Shown: piece by piece, positions 29,325 through 39,138 of the stretch
How the letters are laid out: every line of letters starts with the position of its first letter
Position numbering within the stretch: the stretch's first letter is position 1
Origin: Candidatus Latescibacterota bacterium
GTDB taxonomy: Bacteria; Latescibacterota; UBA2968; UBA8231
Reading direction: 5' to 3'
Assembly: GCA_965205655.1 (NCBI GenBank)
Contig: CBDBIJ010000037.1
Coordinates: forward strand, 1-50,561
DNA: 50,561 nt
Notes under the pieces: model-generated
Databases searched by the model: none
What the model was told of the DNA's origin: nothing
Seen by the model: only the letters and a program-made list of their open reading frames with translations
Position numbers and translations under genes: made by a program

Positions 29325-30011
29325 TCAGCGGAACTCGAATTTGAACGGCAGGCTGACCCACACCTTGACCGGCTTGTCGTTCTGGATGGCCGGCTCGAAT
29401 TCCCACTGCAGGGCGGCGGCCCTGGCCGCAGCGTGGAAGATCTCGTTGCCCGAAATCCTTCCGACATTTTCCACTTTCCCCTGCCTGTTGACCAGAACGA
29501 GCACGGTGACGTTGTCCTCGATCCCCGCCTTGCGGGCGATATCGGGATAATCCGGCTTCACCTTCTTGGTCGGCACGGGCTGCTTCTCCACTTTCCAGAT
29601 CTCGACGATCTCGTCCTCCTCCTCGAGCTCCACCTCCTCGCCGAAGTCGACAGCGGCGGGCGGCGGCGGCAGATCGTAGAGATCCAGCTCCGTCATCTCG
29701 ATTGTGGCATCGTCGGGCACGTCCGGACTATCGCTGGCGATTGGCACCACGGGCCGTATCGGCGGCGGCGGTTTCCTTTCCTGGCGGGTCTCGGGAATCT
29801 GTTCCAGCTCGATAATGGCGGGTGCCTGGGATTTGTCGTATGCCTTGACGTCAAAACTGGGGAAGAGGACGAACACCGCCGCGTGCAGCCCCGCGGAGAC
29901 GGCGCTTGAAACCCACAATGTCTTGCGGTAGTCGCGACGCAGATTGGCCTCCGGCTTCTTGCCCCGAACCATGAAGCCAGGACGGCTTGGAAGCGTTGGC
30001 GTGCCGGTCAT
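29325..30011 (-). CDS. tonB: Energy transducer TonB
   Basis: TM anchor with His, Pro-rich linker, C-terminal PDYPDIARKAGI...WEFEPA...PV domain. Confidence 0.88.
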   Translation of the reverse strand: MTGTPTLPSRPGFMVRGKKPEANLRRDYRKTLWVSSAVSAGLHAAVFVLFPSFDVKAYDKSQAPAIIELEQIPETRQERKPPPPIRPVVPIASDSPDVPDDATIEMTELDLYDLPPPPAAVDFGEEVELEEEDEIVEIWKVEKQPVPTKKVKPDYPDIARKAGIEDNVTVLVLVNRQGKVENVGRISGNEIFHAAARAAALQWEFEPAIQNDKPVKVWVSLPFKFEFR

Positions 30012-30013
30012 CG

Positions 30014-30436
30014 TCAGTCGACCTCGCGATCTTTCTCGCGCCCGGTGGCGAAATTGACCCGCAGGGCCTCGGCTTTGCGCAGCTCCTGAAGCACGTCGGA
30101 AACGATGCCGAACTCCGCCTGTCCGTCGGCCTTGAGGGAGATGATGAGTCTCGGATTTGCCGTCAATTTGGCGTTGATGATCGGTCCCACCTGGTCGATA
30201 GCCAGGCTTTGATCGTCGATATTGATCGCCCCTTCGCGGTCGACCCAGATACTGGTCACGTGGCGCCGCATCTCCAGCTTTTCGATTTGCTCGGCGTCCG
30301 GCAGCTGCACCGGCACACCACGGTAACGCACGAACACGGTGGAAACCATGAAGAAGACAAGCAACAGGAACGAGATATCCGCCATCGACGCCGTGGGGAT
30401 CACGCTCACGACCTTTGAGCGGCGCGAAAACCGCAT
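30014..30436 (-). CDS. exbD: Biopolymer transporter ExbD
   Basis: IPTASMADISFLLLVFFMV; LKAD. Confidence 0.9.
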   Translation of the reverse strand: MRFSRRSKVVSVIPTASMADISFLLLVFFMVSTVFVRYRGVPVQLPDAEQIEKLEMRRHVTSIWVDREGAINIDDQSLAIDQVGPIINAKLTANPRLIISLKADGQAEFGIVSDVLQELRKAEALRVNFATGREKDREVD

Positions 30437-30855
30437 TATCCCCCCCTTTCCGGTTCGGCGATGGAGATCCGCTTTGCGCCGGCGATCTTCAGCTCGTCGA
30501 GGACATCCACGAACATCCGGTAGCTGGCGCCGCGTTCAGCTTTGAGAGACACGATCAGTTTCTCGTTGTCAGCGAGTCGCCCCTCCACCCGTTCGCGCAA
30601 CTGTTCGAGAGGGACGGGCGTCAGTTTTTCGGATTCGAAAAAGGCGATCCGATCCTGGTCATTGATCCACACGTTGAGGATGTTCTTCGTCTTCACCTGC
30701 TTCGTCTCTCCGACCTTTGGCAGGTGCAGAGACAGGCCCTTGTCCTGGTTCATCGTCGTCGTCACCAGGAAGAAGATGATCAGAAGAAAGGCGATGTCGG
30801 CCATGGAGGCAGTGGGGATCTCTGGCGAGACGCGCCCACCTCTGCGGAATTTCAC
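30436..30855 (-). CDS. exbD: Biopolymer transporter ExbD (second paralog)
   Basis: IPTASMADIAFLLIIFFLVTT. Confidence 0.9.
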   Translation of the reverse strand: MKFRRGGRVSPEIPTASMADIAFLLIIFFLVTTTMNQDKGLSLHLPKVGETKQVKTKNILNVWINDQDRIAFFESEKLTPVPLEQLRERVEGRLADNEKLIVSLKAERGASYRMFVDVLDELKIAGAKRISIAEPERGG

Positions 30856-30870
30856 AGCTCTCGTCTTCCC

Positions 30871-31494
30871 CTAGTCGGCCTTCGCTCCCGTACCGATCTC
30901 AGCCAGTACGTCGATGAAGCCCGCTGTGTGCTCCTGCATGTCGGCGATGATACGGTCGATTTGAGAGGCGAAATAGTTGTGGGCAAACTGGATGACGATT
31001 CCCACCACGAGTCCGGAGGCGGTCGTGATGAGGGCCTCGGAGATACCGCCGGCGACCATCGAAGGCTCCACGTCCCCGGCAATCTTGATCGCCTGAAAGG
31101 CGTTGATCATACCGCTCACCGTACCGAGGAAGCCGATCATCGGAGCGAGGTTCGCGATCGTCGACAGCCACACCATGTTCCGCTCCAGGAAGGCCATCTC
31201 TACCGCGCCGGCGTTCTCGATCGCCTTCTCAACATTGTCGATGCCCCGATGCAGACGCAGCAGCCCCGCGTGGATGACGGTGGCTACCGGTCCCGGCGTG
31301 CTGGCGCACAGCTCAGCCGCCTGATCCGGCCCTGAGCTCTTGAGGCGGCCCTCCAGATCACCGAAGAACCCCTCCGCGTCGATCGCCGCCTTCGTCAGGC
31401 TGATGGCTCGCTCGATCGTGATCGCAATCCCCGCTATCAGCAGGAACAACAACGGGTACATCGCCCATCCACCATCTTGAAAGAGGTCTACCAT
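30871..31494 (-). CDS. exbB: MotA/TolQ/ExbB proton channel protein
   Basis: APMIGFLGTVSGMI.AF...AGGISEALITTASGL. Confidence 0.92.
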   Translation of the reverse strand: MVDLFQDGGWAMYPLLFLLIAGIAITIERAISLTKAAIDAEGFFGDLEGRLKSSGPDQAAELCASTPGPVATVIHAGLLRLHRGIDNVEKAIENAGAVEMAFLERNMVWLSTIANLAPMIGFLGTVSGMINAFQAIKIAGDVEPSMVAGGISEALITTASGLVVGIVIQFAHNYFASQIDRIIADMQEHTAGFIDVLAEIGTGAKAD

Positions 31495-31524
31495 GCATTC
31501 GCTCCTTTGGAATGATCTGTCCTT

Positions 31525-33002
31525 CTAGTCTGATTCTCCGTCGCCTTCTCCGGTGCCGCCGAAGAACTCCCGTTTCAACTTCTCCTCTGCCGTTTCCGGG
31601 GGTCGGATCTGCCAGATCCGCTGCTGCGCCACATCCTGCCAGCGCGCGTCGCCCCTCGCCTTCTCGAAGGAGCTCAACGCCTCCTCTTCCTCGCCCTTCA
31701 TGACGAGCAGGTCTCCCATCAACAAGTGGAGATGGGCGTCGTCCGGACTGGCTGCGAGCCCGTGCCCGAGCCACTTTGCTGCCGTATCCAGATCCCGGTT
31801 CGACAGGTAAAATTTAGCCAGCGTCGCCACGGTTTCCATGTCGTTCGGGTGGGCCCGCGCCATCCCCTCCAGCCCCTCGAGCTCTGCTGTCCGGTCGTTC
31901 TTTTCCGTTGCCAGTTCGACCATGCGGTGGAAGTAGGCGTAGCTACTGCGCGGATCCAGCTTCGCCAGCTCTCTGAGGGCGCCGTAAGCCGCCGTTGCAT
32001 CGCCGGCTTCCGCGAGCAGCTCTACCATGTCGCTCAGTGTCGCAACGTGCTCTGCGACCGCGGACTCCTCCAGCGTGTCACCTTTCGATGACGAGCGCAG
32101 CTCCAGCAACCTTCGCCGCCATGTTAGTGCCGCTTGCACGTTACCGGACTGTCGCTGCAGATCCGCGAGCAGATCGTAGAGCTCTGCTTTTTCCCGAGGA
32201 TCAGTCGCGGACTCGGTCAGCCGTGTGTAGTGAGGTATCGAGGGGCCGATTCCGCCACGGCGTCGGTACTGATCGGCAAGGCGTCGCCTGAGCTGACGCA
32301 CCCGCGCGCTCGCGGGTTTGAGCTGCGCCGCGTGGCGCAGGAAGTGCCCGGCCGAGTCCGCCTTCTCCTCATTGAGGTAAATCTGGGTCAGTGCCAGATT
32401 CGTGTTTACGTGAGACGAATCGAGCGAAGCCGACTCCATGAACGCCACTTTTGCGACTCTGTGCCGTTTCTGTTTGAGCAGACACGTCCCGAGAAAGTAG
32501 TGGCGCTGGGACGGTCACGGTACGAGCGACAGGCACCGTTGGACGCAGCCGGCGGCTACCGCAATGGGTACGGGAAGCGGCGGCGACTGTCCTTGACCTC
32601 GGGCACGATCGAGGTGAAACGCCCTCGGGTGCGGGGTCTGGAAGAGCGATTTGAGAGTGCGGTACTGCCGCTGTTTCGCCCGGCGCACCCAAGAAACAGG
32701 TCAGCTGCTGCCAGAGCTTTACCTGCACGGTTTGTCTCAGGGCGACTTCGAGCTGGCGCTGCGCGGCCTGCTGGGCAAGGGAGCGCCTTTGTCGGCGTCC
32801 TCGATCGCCAGAAATCGATACTTGCGCAGTGAGTCCGCACTCGTCCCGTCACCCACTATTCGAGGTGGTTGGCGCCGTGGCGCTCCCGCGGTGGCGTCAT
32901 CGGCGACGGCCCGCTCGACTGAAGACTGAGCGCCGACGAGACGAAAAGGATGGAGAGGGGGGTCAACGGTCTCGGTTTCAAGGGCGGAGATTTCGGTCTC
33001 AA
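31525..33002 (-). pseudogene. Secreted TPR-repeat protein interrupted by an IS256 fragment
   Basis: The 3' part (from ~32503, HYFLGTCLLKQKRHRVAKVAF...) has TPR helices. The 5' part (TTG at 33002) has a signal-like stretch and ...ADSLRKYRFLA, with an additional frameshift. Confidence 0.65.
32503..32812 (+). mobile_element. Internal fragment of an IS256-family transposase (no termini)
   Basis: LGRSRYER...GYRNGYGKRR....GTIEVKRPRVR...FESAVLP / RRT...LLPELYLHGLSQGDFELALRGLLG..APLSASSIAR. Confidence 0.85.
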
Positions 33003-33152
33003 TCGAAGTTCCTCACAGGGCACAGAATATATCGCCACGGTCTGGGAGGCGTAAACACACCGAGCTGCTCGCAATGCGTATCTTAACGAGAGTGTTGATT
33101 GGGTGGTTACGAATGGCGAAGAGGACGTTTCGGTTTGGTGTCTGATAGAGCA

Positions 33153-33746
33153 ATGGACGCAAAGCGGCTCAAACTACACGTTGCCGGCGAAGAGCAGCGC
33201 ATACGCCGAATCGTGGGCGGCAGCGGCGAGGCTTTCCGCTCCCTCGTGGTGGAATTTCACCCTCTGGCATACAGTCTGGCCTTCAAAGTGTTGGGAGACC
33301 ACACCGATGCGGAGGAGGTCGTCCAGGATGCTTTCGTCAAGATTTTCCGCGCCCTGCCCCGGTTCCGCGGCGACGCCTCGCTGAAGACCTGGATTCTCCG
33401 CATCGTCATGCGGCTGAGCCTCAACCGGCGCCGGGACCGCTCCCGGAGCGCCTGGCAGCGCCTCGGCCTTCACGCCGGTGGCGAAGAGGGTCAACCGGAC
33501 GGCCCCGATCGATCGCCGGATCCTGAAACCGAGTGCATCGCCGCCGAGACCCGGCGTCTCGTACTCGCTCACCTCGAGAAACTGCCGGCGCCGCTGCGGG
33601 AGGCGCTCTTGCTCAACAGTTTCGAGGAGCTGTCGTACGAGGAGATCGCCCGGGTGCTGAACGTTCCCGTCGGCACCGTGAGCTCGCGCATCTACGCCGC
33701 GCGGAAGAAGCTGTACGACAAGCTCGTGCAGTCCAACCTTTTGTAG
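33153..33746 (+). CDS. ECF-family RNA polymerase sigma factor
   Basis: DAEEVVQDAF, FRGDASLKTWILRI, LSYEEIA..LNVPVGTVSSRIY.AR. Confidence 0.92.
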   Translation: MDAKRLKLHVAGEEQRIRRIVGGSGEAFRSLVVEFHPLAYSLAFKVLGDHTDAEEVVQDAFVKIFRALPRFRGDASLKTWILRIVMRLSLNRRRDRSRSAWQRLGLHAGGEEGQPDGPDRSPDPETECIAAETRRLVLAHLEKLPAPLREALLLNSFEELSYEEIARVLNVPVGTVSSRIYAARKKLYDKLVQSNLL

Positions 33747-33756
33747 GAGCAGACGA

Positions 33757-34182
33757 ATGCCCCGATTTCCGTGGCGGAAGCGCCGCACCGATCGCGACCT
33801 GTCGGCCTATCTCGATGGCGAGCTGGGACCAGAGGATATGGACCGCATCGGCGAGTCCATCGCCTTCCAAGCCTCCGCGCGGGAGCGTTTGGACAGCTAT
33901 GCCAGACTCACCGAGCTGCTCGAAGATGCTATCGCGCCGCCGCACATTCCGGACTCTTCCCCCTTCGCCGACGAGCTCACCGAGCGGCTGATGGGGGCGC
34001 CGGCTGAGGACTCGGCAGCCGCCGTGGCAGCTCGAACGGCGGTCGATTCAAAGTCCGCTTCCTCCTCCCTGCGACGCCGACTGCCGTCCGCCAGGACGTC
34101 AGCAACGGTTCTGGCCTCCATCGGTATTCTCGTCACCGCTGGAGTCACCATCGCCGGGCTTTGGCGTCGCGGTGTCGTGTAG
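33757..34182 (+). CDS. Putative anti-sigma factor (ASD-like N-terminus, C-terminal TM helix)
   Basis: LSAYLDGEL motif directly downstream of the ECF gene; single C-terminal TM helix. Confidence 0.75.
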   Translation: MPRFPWRKRRTDRDLSAYLDGELGPEDMDRIGESIAFQASARERLDSYARLTELLEDAIAPPHIPDSSPFADELTERLMGAPAEDSAAAVAARTAVDSKSASSSLRRRLPSARTSATVLASIGILVTAGVTIAGLWRRGVV

Positions 34183-34224
34183 GCCGCTGGGGTGCCGACT
34201 CGAGCTGGTGAGACGGAGGGAGTC

Positions 34225-35124
34225 GTGAACTGGTTCGAGAAGATGAAGTCGGGGATCCTCACCCGCATCAAGAGGGACATCCCCGAGGGAATCTGGTCCA
34301 AGTGCGATCAATGCGGTGAGGCGACCTATCACAACGCCCTCGAGCGCAATCACTGGATCTGTCCCCAGTGCAGCCACCACTTCCCTATCCCGCACGGCAG
34401 GTATGTCGGCCTGCTGGCCGACGACGGTACCTTCGAGGAAATCGACGCGGGCATTTCCGCCGCGGACCCCCTCAAATTCAGAGACCACCGGCGCTATGCC
34501 GACCGCATCAAGGACGCCAGGAAGGCGAGCCGTCTGAACGAGGCGATTCACACCGGCGTGTGCCGCATGGGCGGCCAGCCCGTCGCCCTGGGAGTCATGG
34601 ACACGCGCTTCATTCTCGGCAGCATGGGCGGCGCCACGGGTCACAAAATCTCGCGACTCGTCGACCGCGCCCTGCACGACAGACGGACCCTCGTCATCGT
34701 CTCTCAGTCGGGCGGCGCCCGCATGCAGGAGGGTACCTATTCGCTCATGCAGATGGCGAAGATCAGTGCCCGCATCAAGAGACTCTCCGACGCCGGCCTC
34801 CTCTACATTTCCGTGTTGACGGACCCGACCTACGGCGGCGTCACCGCCAGTTTCGCCATGCTCGGGGATGTTATTCTGGCGGAGCCCGGTGCCCGCATCG
34901 GCTTTGCGGGCCAGTCGGTCATCAAGCAATTCCTCGGCGCCGAGGAGCTACCCGAAGACTTCCAGATCGCCGAAAACGTCCTCCAGCACGGCTTCGTCGA
35001 CCGGGTCGTCGCCCGCGGCGAGCTGGCCTCCACGATCGCGCGCCTTATCGCCCTGCTCGCGCCCGCCGTTGGAACTGGCGGCCAATTGCCGCCGATTGCG
35101 ACACCGGTGGCCGCTTGGTCGTAG
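34225..35124 (+). CDS. accD: Acetyl-CoA carboxylase carboxyltransferase beta subunit
   Basis: WSKC..C...CPQC zinc finger, DPLKF, GSMG, SGGARMQEG, GGVTASFA, IGFAG. Confidence 0.96.
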   Translation: MNWFEKMKSGILTRIKRDIPEGIWSKCDQCGEATYHNALERNHWICPQCSHHFPIPHGRYVGLLADDGTFEEIDAGISAADPLKFRDHRRYADRIKDARKASRLNEAIHTGVCRMGGQPVALGVMDTRFILGSMGGATGHKISRLVDRALHDRRTLVIVSQSGGARMQEGTYSLMQMAKISARIKRLSDAGLLYISVLTDPTYGGVTASFAMLGDVILAEPGARIGFAGQSVIKQFLGAEELPEDFQIAENVLQHGFVDRVVARGELASTIARLIALLAPAVGTGGQLPPIATPVAAWS

Positions 35125-35140
35125 ACTGCTACCGGCGCAG

Positions 35141-35713
35141 TTGAAAACGGCTGCCGAAGAAAACCTCCCGCCTTCACCGCAGCACGCCATGGTCCAGATC
35201 GGGCTCATGGCCGCCCTCACGGCTGTCGGCGCGCAGTTGAGAATACCGCTCCCGCATATCCCGATCACGCTGCAGATGACCTTCGTCGGTTTGGCCGGCA
35301 TCTGGTTGGGGCCCTGGCGCGGCGCCACAAGCCAGTGCGTCTACCTTGCCGCAGGGCTGGTCGGCGCCCCGGTTTTTGCCAAAGGTGGGGGGCCACAGTA
35401 CGTGCTCGAGCCCACCTTCGGATTTTTGCTGGGGTTCGTTCCCGGTGCGTGGGTGACGGGCTGCCTCGCCAGACGCTCCTCGTCGTATCTGGGGTGCTTG
35501 CTGGCGGTATACGCCGGCCTCGTCGCGGTGTACGCGGCGGGCGTTCCCTACTTCCTGTTCATTTTTACCCGAGTCCTGGGGGAACCGCTGCCGGCTGAGA
35601 CTTTGAGCCGCATCCTGCTCCTGCCGCTGCCCAAAGATCTGGCAGTCGGTCTCGCCACGGCCTTTATCGGGTTCCGCATGCTGCGGGCCCTCAGAAGATA
35701 TTATGGTATTTGA
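35141..35713 (+). CDS. bioY: Biotin transporter BioY (start uncertain: 35141 or 35189)
   Basis: PITLQ...LGPWRG..SQ..YL..GL.GAPVFA.GGG.....PTFGFLLGF. Confidence 0.9.
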   Translation: MKTAAEENLPPSPQHAMVQIGLMAALTAVGAQLRIPLPHIPITLQMTFVGLAGIWLGPWRGATSQCVYLAAGLVGAPVFAKGGGPQYVLEPTFGFLLGFVPGAWVTGCLARRSSSYLGCLLAVYAGLVAVYAAGVPYFLFIFTRVLGEPLPAETLSRILLLPLPKDLAVGLATAFIGFRMLRALRRYYGI

Positions 35714-37082
35714 CGCCGCTGGACATCTGCTCTGACGAAAACCCGACATCCATCCTGATCACGAAGTCCGCATTCCAGTAGAGCCGCAGCCCGACACCGC
35801 CGGTCCAGTGGACTTCGCCGGCGCTTAATTGTGCGAAACCGGGCGCCACCTGGCCGGCGTCCAGGAACAGGGCGCCATGCCACTCGAGGTCCTGGCGGAA
35901 GGCGCGCATGTGATCGAGCCGGTAGCGGACTTCCGTGTTCGTGAACATGCGGATGTTGTCAGTGAACCGTTGGCTGTCGAATCCTCGCAGCGAGTCGCTG
36001 CCTCCCAGACCCTTTATCCTCCTGCTGCCGCCGATCTCGCCATATGCGTACAACGGCACGGAGAGCCCCTTGAGCGCCTCGACGACGGTGCGATGGGCGA
36101 GATTCAGCCGTTCTGTATAGGGATAGTAATGCGCGTCGGTGAAGGTGTAGCGCCTGAAGTCGATCTCCTCGAAGAAGAGCCCGAGCAGTGAGTTGCGCGA
36201 GGTCTCGTAGGACCATTCGTGGAACGTTCCCGACTTTGGAATCGTGGGATCATCACGGGTGTCGTACTGGAGCGTGAGGCTGATGAACCCCGTGGTGCCG
36301 TCCACCGCCGTGTAGGCCGGGGGCTGCTCCTCGAAAAACGATCGGGCGCCGCGGGCGTCGACGTCCGTGCTCTCGAGCCCGAAACCGGCCGACATCGAGA
36401 CCGGGCCGTGTATGTGCCTCAACAGACTGAAGAGAAATCGCGGCAGTTTCAGGACGTAGTGGTAGTAGTTTTCGTCGGCATCGATCAGCTCCTGGTCTCG
36501 CTCGCTGTTGTTCGAGAGCCCGTAGTAGCGCGCCCGGATGTCCTTCCTGATGCTCCCCATCAGTCGCACCCCGAACCCGGTCCCGGAGATATTCGGCACT
36601 TTGAGCCGCAGGGCGGAGCTGGCCCTGCCTTCCGACGATCGCACCCAGTAGACCGTCATCTTGTATCGGTAAGGGGCCCGCTGATAGTCAGCCCAGTGTG
36701 CTTTGAGACCGTAGTTCCACCCCGTGTTGGGACTGAAGAAGACAATCGGCAGCCCCGTGAACCCGTACGGAATGCCGTTCAGGGTGAACTGCCGGCGCTT
36801 TGAGACCCAGCGCGCCGTACTTCCGATGGCGGCGACCGGGTTCGCTATCGATACGAGGCCGCGACCGCGTCTCTTCTCGCCTGGCTCCGGCTCGCCTTCG
36901 GCACCCCCATCCCCCCCACGCTCGCCCGCCTCGGACACTGCGGAAGCGGACGCTTGGGACTCGACGGAATCCTGCTCGGCCGTGGCCGCCGCCCATGCGG
37001 GACTCGACGCCGCGAGTGCGGCGGCGACCGAGACGATGGCGAGCCAGACAATGAGGAAGGTGTGAAGCGAGGTCCGATTCAT
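35691..37082 (-). CDS. Omp85/BamA-TamA family outer-membrane beta-barrel protein
   Basis: Signal peptide, YDTRD, LGGSDSLRGF, FLDAG, G.GLR, C-terminal F. Confidence 0.85.
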   Translation of the reverse strand: MNRTSLHTFLIVWLAIVSVAAALAASSPAWAAATAEQDSVESQASASAVSEAGERGGDGGAEGEPEPGEKRRGRGLVSIANPVAAIGSTARWVSKRRQFTLNGIPYGFTGLPIVFFSPNTGWNYGLKAHWADYQRAPYRYKMTVYWVRSSEGRASSALRLKVPNISGTGFGVRLMGSIRKDIRARYYGLSNNSERDQELIDADENYYHYVLKLPRFLFSLLRHIHGPVSMSAGFGLESTDVDARGARSFFEEQPPAYTAVDGTTGFISLTLQYDTRDDPTIPKSGTFHEWSYETSRNSLLGLFFEEIDFRRYTFTDAHYYPYTERLNLAHRTVVEALKGLSVPLYAYGEIGGSRRIKGLGGSDSLRGFDSQRFTDNIRMFTNTEVRYRLDHMRAFRQDLEWHGALFLDAGQVAPGFAQLSAGEVHWTGGVGLRLYWNADFVIRMDVGFSSEQMSSGVKYHNIF

Positions 37083-37092
37083 CTCGGTTCCA

Positions 37093-37911
37093 TCAGCCGC
37101 GTTCGAAGCGGTGCCGATCCACGTCCGTGGGCTCGGCCTCGAGCCCGAATCGAATCGGCGTGATCGCTACGACTCCCCGTTCAAGTACTTCGACGTCTCC
37201 GCAGCTGTTTGGCTCCCGAATTTCGAGCCCGGAAAACTCGTGCACGAAACGTCCTGACCCGGTGCGGCGGAAAAAGCGGCCGTATTCGGTCTTCGTGATC
37301 TCCGTGAACTGGCGCGGTGTCGAAGGGGAAGTCTCTGGAGGCATGTTGACGCTGACAAGGGATGCTCCCTCGGGGAGACCGCGATCGAGGATCTCAGCGA
37401 CGATCTCGGCGGTGACCACGGCTGCCGATTCCCACAGTTGCGCCAGCGAATCCAGGTTTCGCTGTTCGCGCCAGCGGTCGTAATCCTGTTTGTGCAGCTG
37501 CGCCGAGAACGCGGCTGCCGCCACGCCGCTCAACACCCCCTCGATTGCCGCTCCCACGGTTCCCGAACTCAACATGAACGAGAGACCGGCGTTGGCTCCG
37601 ATGTTGATTCCGGAGACGACGAGGCGAGGTTTGGTCGACTGGAGATTGTGGATCCCGAGGTTGGCGCAGTCGGCCGGCGAACCCGTCAGTGTCCACGCGG
37701 CGAACCCGTCGAGCCCTGCCTCTTCGAGGCGGACCTCGCCAAACCTCGTCATGCGCTTTGCGGTCCAGCTGCACTCACTCGCGGGCACCACGGCCCGCAC
37801 GGCGCAGCCGCTTGACAGACAGCGCAGCAACGGCACCAGGGCTGGCGAATCGGGACCGTCGTCGTTCGTGACCAGTATCCAGGGCGCCCCATCATCTTCG
37901 ATCGAGCTCAT
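37093..37911 (-). CDS. surE: 5'/3'-nucleotidase SurE
   Basis: ILVTNDDG, GSPADC, LVVSGINIGAN, SGTVGAA.EG, ITP. Confidence 0.9.
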   Translation of the reverse strand: MSSIEDDGAPWILVTNDDGPDSPALVPLLRCLSSGCAVRAVVPASECSWTAKRMTRFGEVRLEEAGLDGFAAWTLTGSPADCANLGIHNLQSTKPRLVVSGINIGANAGLSFMLSSGTVGAAIEGVLSGVAAAAFSAQLHKQDYDRWREQRNLDSLAQLWESAAVVTAEIVAEILDRGLPEGASLVSVNMPPETSPSTPRQFTEITKTEYGRFFRRTGSGRFVHEFSGLEIREPNSCGDVEVLERGVVAITPIRFGLEAEPTDVDRHRFERG

Positions 37912-38077
37912 CCGCACCACTTTCTCTTGCTCGACTGCGGCCGTGACGGCCCCCCCTGCCGCACGCGATGCGTGCGCGGCATCGTATATTATCGAAACTT
38001 GCACCGGCGTCCAAGACGGGTCGACGGCGATTTCGAGTGCCGTGCCTCGACGGCACTGCTTATCTTTGGGTATGCCG

Positions 38078-38350
38078 ATGGAAGACGCGATCATCCTGCA
38101 GGAGCTGGAAGCTCTGGCGGCAGAGTTGTCCGTCGATCTGCGCTTCGAGGACCTGCAAGGGGAAAGCAGTGGCGGGCTGTGCCGCCTGGGCGGACGGGTT
38201 TACCTCTTCCTCGATCGCACTCTGTCCGTGCCCGCGCGGGTGCAGCTGCTGGTCCGGGAACTGGCCGATCTACCACTCCACGGTGTTTTCGTGCGGCCCG
38301 GAGTTCGCGAGCTGCTCGAAGCCCATGGGCAGTCGCCCACGGCTGTTTGA
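38078..38350 (+). CDS. Small hypothetical protein (~90 aa)
   Basis: MEDAIILQELEALAAELSVDLRFE...GGLCRLGG...FVRPGVRELLE; protein-like composition, divergent from surE. Confidence 0.7.
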   Translation: MEDAIILQELEALAAELSVDLRFEDLQGESSGGLCRLGGRVYLFLDRTLSVPARVQLLVRELADLPLHGVFVRPGVRELLEAHGQSPTAV

Positions 38351-38375
38351 CATCGTCCTAACCCCCAGATATATT
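38347..38375 (+). promoter_or_regulatory. Sigma-70 promoter for the rpmI-rplT-pheST operon
   Basis: TTGACA-17 bp-TATATT about 80 bp upstream of rpmI. Confidence 0.75.
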
Positions 38376-38454
38376 TTAACTTCTGTCAAAAATTGCTGCT
38401 GGATTCAACTCCGGAATCGGCCGTTGCGACGGCGAGGTCAGTTGACTGTCATAG

Positions 38455-38652
38455 ATGCCTAAAATCAAGACACACAAGTCCACTGCCAAGCGCATAAAGA
38501 GGCGCGGCCGCAAGGGTCTCAAGCGGCAGAAGGCCTACGGCACCCACTACCTCGGCAAGAGGTCGGCCAAACGCTGTCGGGCGCTGCGCAAGAATGTGGC
38601 CGTGTCGAGCGCTGACGAGGACAAGGTCAGGCGCGCCCTCGGGACGGCCTAG
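38455..38652 (+). CDS. rpmI: 50S ribosomal protein L35
   Basis: [13 protein letters not shown]...H.L.KRS.KR.R.LR; position before rplT. Confidence 0.93.
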   Translation: MPKIKTHKSTAKRIKRRGRKGLKRQKAYGTHYLGKRSAKRCRALRKNVAVSSADEDKVRRALGTA

Positions 38653-38656
38653 TCGC

Positions 38657-39010
38657 ATGGCGAGGGCGAGAAACAGCGTTGCCTCGAGGCGCCGGAGGAA
38701 GAAAGTACTCAAGCTGGCGAAGGGGTACTTCGGGGCTCGATCCCGCCTGTTCCGCACGGCTCGGGAGGCTGTCGACCGGGCTCAGCAGTACGCCTATCGC
38801 GACCGTCGCGTGAGAAAACGGGAGTTCCGCAAGCTCTGGATCACCCGCATCAACGCTGCAGCCCGTCTCAACGGTCTCTCATACAGTCAGCTCATCTGCG
38901 GACTGACGAGGGCTGAAATCGCCGTCAACCGGAAGATTCTGGCCGACCTGGCTGTGCGCGACGAGGCCGCTTTTACGGCCATCGCGAATCAGGCAAAGGC
39001 GCATCTCTAA
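38657..39010 (+). CDS. rplT: 50S ribosomal protein L20
   Basis: [41 protein letters not shown]. Confidence 0.98.
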   Translation: MARARNSVASRRRRKKVLKLAKGYFGARSRLFRTAREAVDRAQQYAYRDRRVRKREFRKLWITRINAAARLNGLSYSQLICGLTRAEIAVNRKILADLAVRDEAAFTAIANQAKAHL

Positions 39011-39138
39011 ATGGCCAACTCGGGCCTTGGAGAGGCTCGAGTCGACCACCACTCAGCCTCACACCTCCCCATAATCCAGCAGCTGTCGAACTGGCCGGCG
39101 CTTTTCAGCCTGTCGCCGTCGCTCGCTTTCCGTCAGTC

